Assembly: GCA_038062615.1 (NCBI GenBank)
Contig: JBBTWV010000012.1
Location: 1-53,184 of the forward strand
DNA length: 53,184 nucleotides
Direction: 5' to 3'
From: Patescibacteria group bacterium
GTDB taxonomy: Bacteria; Patescibacteriota; Gracilibacteria; UBA1369; UM-FILTER-53-11
The notes below the pieces were generated by a model that did no database searches, was not told the origin of the DNA, and saw only the letters and a list, made by a program, of their open reading frames with translations. Below are positions 32,829 through 42,059 of this stretch, piece after piece. Position 1 is the stretch's first letter. The number at the start of each line of letters is the position of its first letter. A program made the position numbers and the translations under genes.

Positions 32829-35714
32829 ATGGCATCCGGATCAGCCTCACCACCCAGCGGCCCAAGTTGGCCAAATGAAGTCGGAACTTGGAAAGCTCCC
32901 GAATCAAAAAGAAACGAGTATTACCAAAAATTTGCCGAACACAAATTACAAGTGGGTGCTTCGCTCAATCAAGTTTTGCAAGACCCTCACGCCTATCAAC
33001 TTACCAATTACGACGATATTAAAACCAAGTCATTGGGCACCAATCAAATCAATGCAGGGAAAGCTTCTTTTTCCCAAGGAAAAGGTTGGTCCCTCCACGA
33101 AATTCTCAGCGACTATTTTAAAAACCAAGTAGGGATTACCAATAGCGCAAGACTCGCTAAAGAAGTTGCCCTAACACTCTATCACCTCACTCAACAAAAA
33201 AATGAAGATGGGGAATCCATAAATGTTGATGATGTAAAAGCAGGATGCAACGTTGGCATTGATAATGGCCGACTATACATTACGGGTGAAGATAGAACGC
33301 CAATTGTAGTGGGCGCTTATTTGAGGCCGACAGGTGCTGCTCGTCCTCCAGCTCCAGTAACCACACCACAAGGCCCAGGTGCTCGTCCTCCACAAGCCGC
33401 AGAAACCCCAACTGATAAAATAAATAATTTCAAAAACGCAACTGATGCCTATATTAATAATCCTGCTGATGCTAATGCTCGGAGTGAATTCATCATAGCC
33501 TATCAAAATTCAGATTATCAAAACAATCCAAGTCCTATTCTTGTAATTCTCAGAGATGCTCAGTCAAAACTTCCAAATGAATCTGACATCATCTACCTCA
33601 TCGGCAGTGTTTATTACCATACGAATCAAAAAACAGAAGCACTTACAGCATATAAATTATTCATTGAAAAAATGAATTCCACAGGAGTTGGAAGCGCGGA
33701 CTTCAAAAGAGTAGCAATTTCACGCATTCAAGAATTAGAACCCGCACCTCCGGCTCAGCCAAGTACCCAGCAAGGCCCAGGTGCTCGTCCTCCACAAGCA
33801 GAAACCGCGCCATCCGACCCAGCAACCCAGCTCACACAATTCAAAGACGCCTACATCGCCAATCCGGAAGATGACGCCGCCAAAGAAAATTTTGTTGCAG
33901 CCATAGAAGCTTGGGATTTTAAGGCAAATCCTGAGCCTGCACTTGGCTTCCTAAGAGAAGTAAGTGATGGCCATCCGCAAGATTACTACCTGCTTTTCCG
34001 CCTAGCAGAAGCGGAATATATGAGTGGTAATAAGGAAAATGCCCTAGAAGCTTACCAAAAATGGGTAGCATGGGCCAATACGACACCTCATCTCCCATTT
34101 GCGAAGAAAAATCTTCCAGCCATAAATAGCCGCATCAATGAATTGGAAGCCGCACTGCAAACGGAAGCAAAGGAGGCACCACGAATGGAACTTAAAAAAA
34201 TTGCCGCTGAGTTTTGGAGTAATCCCGGCGACACAGCAACGAAAGTAAAATTCCTCAATGCTATTCAAAGTATTGACTGGATAGCCAATCAAGATGCTCT
34301 TCTTAGTGCTGTACTGCATCCGCTAGGAACACCCAACGTACCGGTGATGAAGCGCATACGAGCCGACATTCTCTATGTCAACGGAAAAGAGAAGCTGGCA
34401 TATAATGTTTACAAATCATTAATTCCAGAACTACGACAGTTGCCACAGGGAGAAAGAGAGCATGTCGAAATACGTTTTATGGAGCTTGCCGAAAAATTAA
34501 ACGTAACCCGAATAAGCGGCGTTTCGGCTCATGACAATGTTCTCGCCATTGGCATTAAAGGGTTAGAACGGGGGGGTGAATCACACTGGGGATGGGAAAG
34601 AGAAGGTACTAAATTTATTTTTATCCTACATGATGCCGCCTGCACCGAACAGCCTCCCACTCCACTCAAAGGCACCAATTATCGGTACAGTATCCATATG
34701 GATGGCGAAAATGCGCGCGTAACGGTGCAATTGGACGAGATCATGATAAAAAATGAGAGTACCTTTGAGAGTACGATTGGTGAAGTGAAATTTAATTTCT
34801 TTGTAAGCAAAGCAAATCAGCCGGATGTAGAAAGTCTGACAGTCCCGGCCTCGCTTATGGCACAGGCACCTGAGGCTAGACCAGAGCCACAGCAAGGACT
34901 TGGAGCCGCTCCGCCACCCAGTGCTTCCACTATTCAAGGAGCGGGTACACAGCCCTACCGATCGGTTCCTTCACAGGGGAAAGGGTCAACACCACCCCTT
35001 GAGCAAAGCGACTCTCAGTCTCCAGAACAAGGCAAAGGAGTACGTCCTCCAGCCCCCGAAGCCGCTGCCACTACCATTGTAGAACTCACAGCATTAAAAG
35101 ATGCCTACCTCGCAAATTTTAGGGATAATATCGCCCGCAACAATTTTGCCCGCGCCATTGAAAATATGGATTTCAAAACAGATGCCGACCAGGCCTTGAC
35201 GCTACTGCAAGAAGTTCTTTCAAAGCACCCTGAAGATCGTTACCTCATATATCTTTCTGCAGTGGCGCAGTATAAGGCTAACAAAAAAATTGATGCCTAT
35301 CTCAGTTATAAAAAATGGTTAGGGATGGCGTCTACGGGAGGTATGGATACCCCAGGCATGATATTAGCCAAAAACCGCATTGAAGAACTCGAATCGTCAC
35401 TCAGAGTTGTTGATAAGATTGAGTATAAAGCGGATTCACTCATTATTAGTACGCGCGGGGGCAAAGGGGCCATTGTACAAAAAAACGTACGTGAAGAAGA
35501 TGCCTCCATTGATATCTTTATTATCCCCGGCGTGCGGCAAAATCGTAGGCCAGCATTAATTCCAGGCACCACATATATGGCAAACTTTGAACAAACTCCC
35601 GCCGGTTTGAAAATTACCATCCGACTCGGTGCTATGAGATCATGGCTTACGAGAATGGGAGACCCTCAAGTAAAAGAAGACGGCATACACTTCCCGATTG
35701 CTCCCGCGCAGTAA
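32829..35714 (+). CDS. Large modular repeat protein (961 aa): four helical ~110-aa modules, two beta-rich modules, G-(A/V)-RPP linkers
   Basis: Modules begin at about aa 195, 325, 455 and 745 (for example FKDAYIANPEDDAAKENFVAAIEAWDFKANPEPAL versus LKDAYLANFRDNIARNNFARAIENMDFKTDADQAL). An exact 29-nt direct repeat occurs at 33369-33397 and 33771-33799 (QGPGARPPQA). Confidence 0.6.
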   Translation: MASGSASPPSGPSWPNEVGTWKAPESKRNEYYQKFAEHKLQVGASLNQVLQDPHAYQLTNYDDIKTKSLGTNQINAGKASFSQGKGWSLHEILSDYFKNQVGITNSARLAKEVALTLYHLTQQKNEDGESINVDDVKAGCNVGIDNGRLYITGEDRTPIVVGAYLRPTGAARPPAPVTTPQGPGARPPQAAETPTDKINNFKNATDAYINNPADANARSEFIIAYQNSDYQNNPSPILVILRDAQSKLPNESDIIYLIGSVYYHTNQKTEALTAYKLFIEKMNSTGVGSADFKRVAISRIQELEPAPPAQPSTQQGPGARPPQAETAPSDPATQLTQFKDAYIANPEDDAAKENFVAAIEAWDFKANPEPALGFLREVSDGHPQDYYLLFRLAEAEYMSGNKENALEAYQKWVAWANTTPHLPFAKKNLPAINSRINELEAALQTEAKEAPRMELKKIAAEFWSNPGDTATKVKFLNAIQSIDWIANQDALLSAVLHPLGTPNVPVMKRIRADILYVNGKEKLAYNVYKSLIPELRQLPQGEREHVEIRFMELAEKLNVTRISGVSAHDNVLAIGIKGLERGGESHWGWEREGTKFIFILHDAACTEQPPTPLKGTNYRYSIHMDGENARVTVQLDEIMIKNESTFESTIGEVKFNFFVSKANQPDVESLTVPASLMAQAPEARPEPQQGLGAAPPPSASTIQGAGTQPYRSVPSQGKGSTPPLEQSDSQSPEQGKGVRPPAPEAAATTIVELTALKDAYLANFRDNIARNNFARAIENMDFKTDADQALTLLQEVLSKHPEDRYLIYLSAVAQYKANKKIDAYLSYKKWLGMASTGGMDTPGMILAKNRIEELESSLRVVDKIEYKADSLIISTRGGKGAIVQKNVREEDASIDIFIIPGVRQNRRPALIPGTTYMANFEQTPAGLKITIRLGAMRSWLTRMGDPQVKEDGIHFPIAPAQ

Positions 35715-35724
35715 TGAGTGGCAA

Positions 35725-36459
35725 TCATTCAAGTCTCCTTATTTCGTCTTGCAAAAACATCAGTACTTCTTGCTTGAGGATTTTTCTTATTTTGCCAAAA
35801 GTTTCTGCCGGTAAAAGGACGTTTAAATCTTGGTCTAAAATAGTTTGAGTAATGTGTTTTTGAATAAAGGTGATGAGGCTTTTAAGGAACGGACGGACTT
35901 TTTTACCGGTTCGCTCCTCAATAACTGCAACAAGATAAGGGTCTCCTCGCAGAAAAAACGCATGGATATCGTAAATGTCTCTGCCGGCAATGGAGCGATG
36001 CTTTTTAAAACGATCCATAACCGCCACAAGCTTATTGGCAAACATCGTAGGAACCGTATGGCAGTGCAAAATGCGATCAATTTCAGCAAAACGCACCGGC
36101 TCATATTCATTCCTTTGCGGCGCCGGAAAGCTGGCATCAAACTCGATGGTGCTCCGCTCACCCGGCCGATTTTCATACTTGAGAAAATACTGCGGCGCTT
36201 TTTTGCTTTGCTGTGAAATTTTAAGACCGAGTTTTTGAAATATTTTTTCTAGGTTCTGCCGCGCTTTTGGCATCTGCTCCGGCGCCAAAAAATCAAAATC
36301 AAGATCAATGGAAAAACGATCAATGAGCCCGCGCATGGCGGCACAGGTGCCACCCTTAAATCGCAAATTGGCTGTTAAAAATGCATCATCCGCGACTGCC
36401 TGCAGAATGCGATACAACCAGGCTTTGTGAATGGCATCAGTGGGTTTTGGCAGAATCAT
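35725..36459 (-). CDS. abiEii: AbiEii/AbiGii-family nucleotidyltransferase toxin
   Basis: LRFKGGTCAAMRGLIDRFSIDLDFDF is the hallmark GGT...R.S.DLDF. The start at MILPKP overlaps the upstream antitoxin gene by 23 nt. Confidence 0.8.
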   Translation of the reverse strand: MILPKPTDAIHKAWLYRILQAVADDAFLTANLRFKGGTCAAMRGLIDRFSIDLDFDFLAPEQMPKARQNLEKIFQKLGLKISQQSKKAPQYFLKYENRPGERSTIEFDASFPAPQRNEYEPVRFAEIDRILHCHTVPTMFANKLVAVMDRFKKHRSIAGRDIYDIHAFFLRGDPYLVAVIEERTGKKVRPFLKSLITFIQKHITQTILDQDLNVLLPAETFGKIRKILKQEVLMFLQDEIRRLE

Positions 36460-37048
36460 AACGTTTTGGGGTAAGAGGATATCCGACTTTTTGTTGAATA
36501 TCGCGAACTTTTTTCCAGTCCACCGGATGATCAAAATGATACGACGGATTGAAATAAAGCATATCAGCAATGGCTCTCTCGGGTGAGGCTTGGAGCAGAC
36601 CACCGCGAAGGGCAACGCCTTCTGAGTTATAGAGGTAACGATCGGCCAGCTGGCGGCTTTTAAAAAGGTAGCCGAAAAGAGTAAAAATTCTGGAACGATT
36701 CGCGATGAAAGTGTAATAATTGGTCACTGGCGAAATATAGCCTTCTTGAGAGAGAATCGTCTCGGTACTCACAAAGCAAAACCGATGGAGAGCCTTTGAG
36801 CCAAGGAAGAGCGGACTCAGGTCTTGAGGTGGTATGAGAGAGTAAAAACCACGATAGATTCCGTGGAGGAGCCCTTGTTGGACGTACCTGTTCAGCGTAA
36901 TGCGAAGGGTATTTTTATCTTGAATTTGCCACAGATTAGCCATGTCCGCGATATGAAAAATCTTTTCTCCTTTGGAAGCAAGAAGCGCAATTCTCTTGCC
37001 AGTTATGTTACCGTTTAATGTACTCATATGTACATTATAGCGTAACAT
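36437..37048 (-). CDS. abiEi: AbiEi-family antitoxin/transcriptional regulator
   Basis: About 200 aa. N-terminal winged-helix-like FHIADMANLW..LNRYVQQGLLHGIYRGFYSL. It lies immediately upstream of AbiEii. Confidence 0.65.
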   Translation of the reverse strand: MLRYNVHMSTLNGNITGKRIALLASKGEKIFHIADMANLWQIQDKNTLRITLNRYVQQGLLHGIYRGFYSLIPPQDLSPLFLGSKALHRFCFVSTETILSQEGYISPVTNYYTFIANRSRIFTLFGYLFKSRQLADRYLYNSEGVALRGGLLQASPERAIADMLYFNPSYHFDHPVDWKKVRDIQQKVGYPLTPKRYDSAKTH

Positions 37049-37058
37049 AATGACGATT

Positions 37059-38390
37059 TCAAGCTTTTCTCAGGACCTTCATCATCTCAACCCTTTTTTG
37101 GATAAGCTCCTGGGTGCCAACATCCTGCCGGTGAAAAACCGGACCTTTTACCGTAGCGCATGCAGATTCGGCAATTTTTTCGGCCTCGTCTAATGTTTTG
37201 CCAATTCCCACAAATGCCACCGCTCGCGACGAGCTCAAATAAAGCCCATCGGCTTTTTGATCCACGGAGGCATAGTACATGCGAAGGGAGTTTGTAGTTG
37301 GTAGTTTGTAGTGAGTAGTTCCCTGCTCGATAACTATTTTCCCGCCCCTCGGCTCATCCGGGTAGCCTTGCGGCACCACGTATTTGCACACCGTCGCCAT
37401 ATTTTCAAACTCGATTTTAGTGCGATGTAAGTTGCCACCCAAAATCGCCTCGCACACTTCCACCAAGTCTGTCTTCATTATAGGCAAAACGTTCATGGCT
37501 TCAGGATCACCAAAACGCGCATTGTACTCAATCAAACGCACGCCATCTTTCACGGCCATAAAACCGCCGTACATGATTCCCTTAAACAAAACGCCGGTTT
37601 CTTTAAACAGAGCGTCCGCCACTTGCTCCGTAATAGCGTGCGCCTCCTCTAAATCTTTTTTCTGCAAAAAAGGCAGAAGATGATTGGCGTCACTATACGA
37701 TCCCATGCCACCCGTATTGGGTCCTTCGTCATTCGCAAATGCCCGCTTGTGATCCTGCACCGGCACCATGTCCACCACGTTTTTACCATCCACAAAGCTC
37801 ATAAAACTAAACTCCTGGCCAATAAGTTTTTCTTCAATTACCACGCGACCGAACTTCTCAATGCATTCCCGCGCAAAATCCTCGCCATCTTCTTTATTGG
37901 CCAGATGATCGCCAGAAACGCGCACGCCCTTGCCTCCCATGAGCCCATCCGCCTTTACCACAAAATTCCCACCCAGCTCATCCAGAAAATTTTTGATGCC
38001 GGCTGGTTCGTAAAATACCTTAAAAAGCGGATTGCCTGGAATTTTATATTTCTGCACCAAATCCCTGGTAAATGATTTTGAAGACTCCAGACGCGCCACC
38101 GTTTTGAGCGGCGCCACGGAGTGAATTCCTAACTCCAACAACAAATCCGCCACACCATCGGCAATAGGGTCATCCGGACCAATAAGAGCAAACTCCGGCT
38201 TTGATTTTCGCGCAAAATCCGCAATCGCATCAAAATCCTTCAGCGAGCCTGTTTGGTACGTTTGCGTTAATTCAAAAATGCCAGGATTTTTGGCTTTAGC
38301 ATAGGTAAAAAGCTGTACTCGGCCAGATCGTGTAAGTGCCTCAGCAATCGCATGCTCGCGCGCGCCATTTCCAATCAAAAGTACTCTCAT
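37059..38390 (-). CDS. purD: Phosphoribosylamine-glycine ligase
   Basis: MRVLLIGNGAREHA, ADGLMGGKGV, PNTGGMGSYS, EYNARFGDPE. Confidence 0.95.
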   Translation of the reverse strand: MRVLLIGNGAREHAIAEALTRSGRVQLFTYAKAKNPGIFELTQTYQTGSLKDFDAIADFARKSKPEFALIGPDDPIADGVADLLLELGIHSVAPLKTVARLESSKSFTRDLVQKYKIPGNPLFKVFYEPAGIKNFLDELGGNFVVKADGLMGGKGVRVSGDHLANKEDGEDFARECIEKFGRVVIEEKLIGQEFSFMSFVDGKNVVDMVPVQDHKRAFANDEGPNTGGMGSYSDANHLLPFLQKKDLEEAHAITEQVADALFKETGVLFKGIMYGGFMAVKDGVRLIEYNARFGDPEAMNVLPIMKTDLVEVCEAILGGNLHRTKIEFENMATVCKYVVPQGYPDEPRGGKIVIEQGTTHYKLPTTNSLRMYYASVDQKADGLYLSSSRAVAFVGIGKTLDEAEKIAESACATVKGPVFHRQDVGTQELIQKRVEMMKVLRKA

Positions 38391-38395
38391 GGCTG

Positions 38396-39895
38396 CTACA
38401 ATAACACGAGTTGATCATCCACATCATTGCCGCCTTCCTCCGCCTGAATAGAGCCGCGGGACTGCTCTGCTCTTTGAAGAACTTCTTCGGTAATATCTGG
38501 CGTTGGATACTTACCAGATAAACATGCCGTGCAGAAATTTTTAACTTTGGGGTTGCCCGTTTTTACCGACTCCACTAAGTCCTTCAGCGTCTGATAAAAA
38601 ATGGCATCCGCACCAATGGCCTTGCCGACTTCTTCTATAGAAAGATTGTGCGCAATAAAATCCTTACGGCTGGGCATATCTACACCATAAACGCAGGGAT
38701 TACGAAGCGGAGGACAGCAGGATGCAAAAAATACTTTTTTTGCACCGGCATCGCGAACAATCTCAATAATTTTGCGCGAGGTATTCCCGCGCACGATGGA
38801 ATCATCCACCAAAAGTACATTTTTACCCTCAATTTCTAGCGGAATAGGATTCAACTTATATTTAATAGAGCGCTTGCGCATGGCCTGGCCGGGCATAATG
38901 AAGGTTCGACCAATGTAGCGATTTTTAATGAGCCCTTCGCGGCACGGCACACCAATCTCAGCGGCAATTTCAAATGCTGACGAGCGTGCCGTCTCTGGCA
39001 CCGGCACCACCACATCAATTTTGAGTCCATTTTTCATGGCCTTTTTGATTTGCTGCGCCAAAAACTTTCCCATACGCAGGCGAGATTTATAAACACTAAT
39101 CTCATCAATAACCGAGTCTGGCCGAGCTAAATACACATATTCGAAAATACACGGTGCCCATTTGGTAGGCACGATTTGTTTCATGGACACCTCGCGATTC
39201 AAACTAATAAAGACCGCTTCACCGGGCATCACATCCCGAATAATAGAAAAACCCAGCGTACTGAGCGTGACGCTTTCGGAAGCAAAAATATACTCCGGTC
39301 CGGTGAGCGTATCGCGCTTGCCAAAAATAAGCGGACGGATGCCATTAGGATCACGGAAAGCCAAAATACCGTGCCCGGCAATCAGACAAATAGCGGAATA
39401 GCTCCCCATAATTCGGCCATACACCTTCTTCATCGCCGAAAAAATTTGCTTGGGGGTGAGCTGCTTACTCTTCGTTTTGGCAATTTCATCGGCAACCACG
39501 TTGAGGAGCACCTCGGAATCAGAACTCGTATTCAAATATCGAGAATTTTCTTTAATAACCTGCTCTTTAAGTGCCGGGTAGTTGTTGAGATTTCCATTAT
39601 GGATAAGCGCGATACCAAATGGCGAATTTACATAAAATGGCTGCGCCTCAGCGGCGTCATAACAGCCAGCCGTAGGATACCGAACATGGCCAATACCCAC
39701 CGTCCCGCGCAAACGCACCATGTGCTTAGCCTGAAAAACATCTCTCACTAAACCGTTCCCCTTTTTAAGATGAAAACGATCTTCATACGTAATAATTCCC
39801 GCCGAATCCTGCCCGCGATGCTGAAGGACGATGAGCCCGTCATAGAGATCCTGAACAACGGGAGAAGATGCCGCAATGCCAATAATTCCACACAT
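38396..39895 (-). CDS. purF: Amidophosphoribosyltransferase
   Basis: Start set at MCGIIGI (catalytic Cys). RGQDSAGI, GIGHVRYPT, VLLVDDSIVRGNTS. Confidence 0.95.
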   Translation of the reverse strand: MCGIIGIAASSPVVQDLYDGLIVLQHRGQDSAGIITYEDRFHLKKGNGLVRDVFQAKHMVRLRGTVGIGHVRYPTAGCYDAAEAQPFYVNSPFGIALIHNGNLNNYPALKEQVIKENSRYLNTSSDSEVLLNVVADEIAKTKSKQLTPKQIFSAMKKVYGRIMGSYSAICLIAGHGILAFRDPNGIRPLIFGKRDTLTGPEYIFASESVTLSTLGFSIIRDVMPGEAVFISLNREVSMKQIVPTKWAPCIFEYVYLARPDSVIDEISVYKSRLRMGKFLAQQIKKAMKNGLKIDVVVPVPETARSSAFEIAAEIGVPCREGLIKNRYIGRTFIMPGQAMRKRSIKYKLNPIPLEIEGKNVLLVDDSIVRGNTSRKIIEIVRDAGAKKVFFASCCPPLRNPCVYGVDMPSRKDFIAHNLSIEEVGKAIGADAIFYQTLKDLVESVKTGNPKVKNFCTACLSGKYPTPDITEEVLQRAEQSRGSIQAEEGGNDVDDQLVLL

Positions 39896-39909
39896 AAGAT
39901 TATAGGTTG

Positions 39910-39956
39910 CGCCCTTCGGGCGCATTATTTGCTTAGCCTCGTGACGAGCTCGGCCT
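39910..39956 (+). repeat. GCR element, full-length copy at the folD-purF junction
   Basis: Hairpin GCGCC-CTTCG-GGCGC, then spacer ATTATTTGCTT, then core AGCCTCGTGACGAGCTCGGCCT. The core encodes the last folD codons (DFRPSSSRG-stop) on the minus strand. Confidence 0.75.
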
Positions 39957-40823
39957 AAAGTCAGAAATTCTTTTTGCGGCGCGCACCACATTTTCCATGA
40001 GGCAGGCCACCGTCATAGGGCCGACGCCACCCGGCACCGGAGTGAGCCACGAAGCTTTGCGTTTTACATTCTCAAAATCAACGTCGCCAACCAGCCTATT
40101 TTCAACTTTTGTGACGCCCACGTCAATGACGATAACTCCTTTTTTAACCATATTGGCGGTAATCATTTTGGGCTTGCCCACGGCGGCCACCAAAATATCG
40201 GCGCGTTTGGTAAAATCCGCAAGATTTTTGGTCTTAGAATTACAAATGGTGACCGTAGCATCGCGGTTAATAAGCATGACAGCCAGCGGCTTGCCAACAA
40301 TGTTGCTGCGACCAACGATGACGGCGTATTTTCCTGCTGCGGAAATTTTATAATATTCCAACATGCGGATAATGCCGCGCGGCGTACAAGGAGCCAGATT
40401 TTCAAATTCTGTGGCCAAAAACATCTTACCCAAGTTGTAGGCGCCAAAACCGTCCACGTCCTTCATGGGGTCAATAGCGCGAATAACCAGCGGCGCGTCC
40501 ATATGTGGTGGGAGTGGAAGCTGCACCAAAATGCCATGCACCATCTTATCTTTATTGAATTTTTCAATAAGAGTGATGAGTTTTTGCGTCGTCGTTTTGG
40601 AGCTGAGCCTTTCGAGCTCTTCTTGAATTCCCGTGCGCTCTGCCGCCAAACGTTTTTGGCGAATATACGAAAGACTCGCGGGATTTTCACCGACGAGAAT
40701 AATAACGAGCTTGGGCTTAATGCTTTTTTTGGCGAGTTTTTGAACCTCATGGCTTACCTCCTTGAGCAAGGAATCAGAAACAAGCCGGCCGTCGAGGAGA
40801 TGAGAATTCATGGGCAAGCCCAT
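39933..40823 (-). CDS. folD: Bifunctional methylene-THF dehydrogenase/methenyl-THF cyclohydrolase
   Basis: ILVGENPASLSYI, GILVQLPLP, GRSNIVGKPLA, PVPGGVGPMTVA. Confidence 0.95.
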   Translation of the reverse strand: MGLPMNSHLLDGRLVSDSLLKEVSHEVQKLAKKSIKPKLVIILVGENPASLSYIRQKRLAAERTGIQEELERLSSKTTTQKLITLIEKFNKDKMVHGILVQLPLPPHMDAPLVIRAIDPMKDVDGFGAYNLGKMFLATEFENLAPCTPRGIIRMLEYYKISAAGKYAVIVGRSNIVGKPLAVMLINRDATVTICNSKTKNLADFTKRADILVAAVGKPKMITANMVKKGVIVIDVGVTKVENRLVGDVDFENVKRKASWLTPVPGGVGPMTVACLMENVVRAAKRISDFRPSSSRG

Positions 40824-40837
40824 TATAACAGTGAAAT

Positions 40838-41050
40838 TTATAATCTCGAAAGTATTTTTATAAATTCATCCTTGGAAATACCAAGGACTCGCAGATTATT
40901 CATTATGATAAAAGGCGGCAATACTCGATCTCGCGGAATAACAAGGGGACGGCTTAAGCCTTTTTTGTAATAAATGCGATGATCTCCTTTTTCTCTTTTA
41001 TAAAGAAATTTCTCAAATTTTTTCCAATGCAAGGAACCAAATTGCCCCAT
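40838..41050 (-). CDS. hicA: HicA-like (YcfA family) toxin
   Basis: 70 aa. WKKFEKFL..EKGDHRIY..RPLVIPR resembles HicA GSHH..+.+P motifs. It is paired with a HicB-like ORF 1 nt upstream. Confidence 0.55.
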   Translation of the reverse strand: MGQFGSLHWKKFEKFLYKREKGDHRIYYKKGLSRPLVIPRDRVLPPFIIMNNLRVLGISKDEFIKILSRL

Positions 41051-41051
41051 A

Positions 41052-41348
41052 TTAAAGTGCTACAGGAACACGAACATCAAAAGACTTTTGAGAAATAATT
41101 TGCGGTGGCTCCCATTTCTTCTTAACTTTTATCCAACCAAGATCCTGCAATACCTCCTCCAATGTATTGTTTTCAATAAGTTCTTCAAAAAAAATATCAA
41201 CCATCTCAGCAAATCGCTTTTGGGCCTGCTTTGCATTCTTACCAGTTGTTGATAAATCAAGAGCGGGAGAATACGCAATATATACTTTTCCCTGCTTTAT
41301 AAGATCTACCTGTAATTTAACCTGAACTCCTGGCTCAGCGATGATCAT
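41052..41348 (-). CDS. hicB: HicB-like (UPF0150) antitoxin
   Basis: KVYIAYSPALDLSTTGKNAKQAQKRFAEMVDIFFEEL fits the HicB N-domain pattern. A TATAAT lies 9 nt upstream of the ATG. Confidence 0.55.
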   Translation of the reverse strand: MIIAEPGVQVKLQVDLIKQGKVYIAYSPALDLSTTGKNAKQAQKRFAEMVDIFFEELIENNTLEEVLQDLGWIKVKKKWEPPQIISQKSFDVRVPVAL

Positions 41349-41464
41349 AGTAACGGGATTATAACCCTCGGTCTTATTTTGGACAACTACCTAGGTCGCC
41401 CGCTCAGCGGATGGTGCTCAGGCACCAAACCGAGCAGGCGGCGAGGAGCGACACTGCGCCTTAG

Positions 41465-42040
41465 CTAGCGTGAAGCTTTCCAAATCCTGTCCGCCGTAAC
41501 ATTTCGATCATCCGAGACCTTAATTATTTTCCAATGATAGCGTTTTGCTAACTGGCGGAAAATTCTTTGACAGCGCGCCGCTAAAACGTCATCCGTCTCA
41601 TGGATATGGGCTTTTTCTTTTGATTTAAGGGAGCGCTGGCCATCCATAAAAATCGCAACATCCGGTTGAACTAAAAATTTGTTCATATTTTCCAGGGTAA
41701 TGCGCGAGACGTCTTTTGCCATGCCCCAAGCAATGCCAGTACCAACATAATCCTCAGCAATGACCGTAATCCCCTTCTTTAACATCGCCAAAAGTTTTGG
41801 CTCAAAATGAAAGCGATTCAAAACAAACCAAAGCTGGAGCTCCTCCTCACTCATTTTCTGCTTACCGTGGAGACGTAAAATTTTATTGAGGTACGGCCCC
41901 GTTGGCGAAAGTGAGTACACAGGATATTTAAGGTAAAACGCTTTTTTGCCAGCAGCCTTGAGCCGATCCACTAACCGCTTCGAGTGCGTGGTTTTGCCAA
42001 CGTTGTTGATTCCGTAAATAGTAATGAACCTTCCGCGCAT
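41465..42040 (-). CDS. tmk: Thymidylate kinase-like P-loop kinase
   Basis: MRGRFITIYGINNVGKTTHSKRL P-loop. About 190 aa. It follows dut. Confidence 0.6.
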   Translation of the reverse strand: MRGRFITIYGINNVGKTTHSKRLVDRLKAAGKKAFYLKYPVYSLSPTGPYLNKILRLHGKQKMSEEELQLWFVLNRFHFEPKLLAMLKKGITVIAEDYVGTGIAWGMAKDVSRITLENMNKFLVQPDVAIFMDGQRSLKSKEKAHIHETDDVLAARCQRIFRQLAKRYHWKIIKVSDDRNVTADRIWKASR

Positions 42041-42059
42041 AGTAATAGTACTGGTGAAT

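Noticed and set aside
39176-39751. 191-aa ORF antisense to purF. Similar shadow ORFs are 43455-44009, 48275-48784, 5818-6228 and 20742-21137.
   Set aside because: They lie entirely within strongly supported conserved genes on the other strand and have no recognisable motifs.
39899-39904. TATAAT 3 nt upstream of the purF ATG as a leaderless promoter.
   Set aside because: The spacing is too short for transcription to start at or before the ATG. purF is more likely co-transcribed with folD.
39896-39991. N-terminal extension of the purF ORF (MWCAPQ...).
   Set aside because: PurF requires the N-terminal Met-Cys (MCGIIGI). The extension covers a GCR element and overlaps the folD 3' end.
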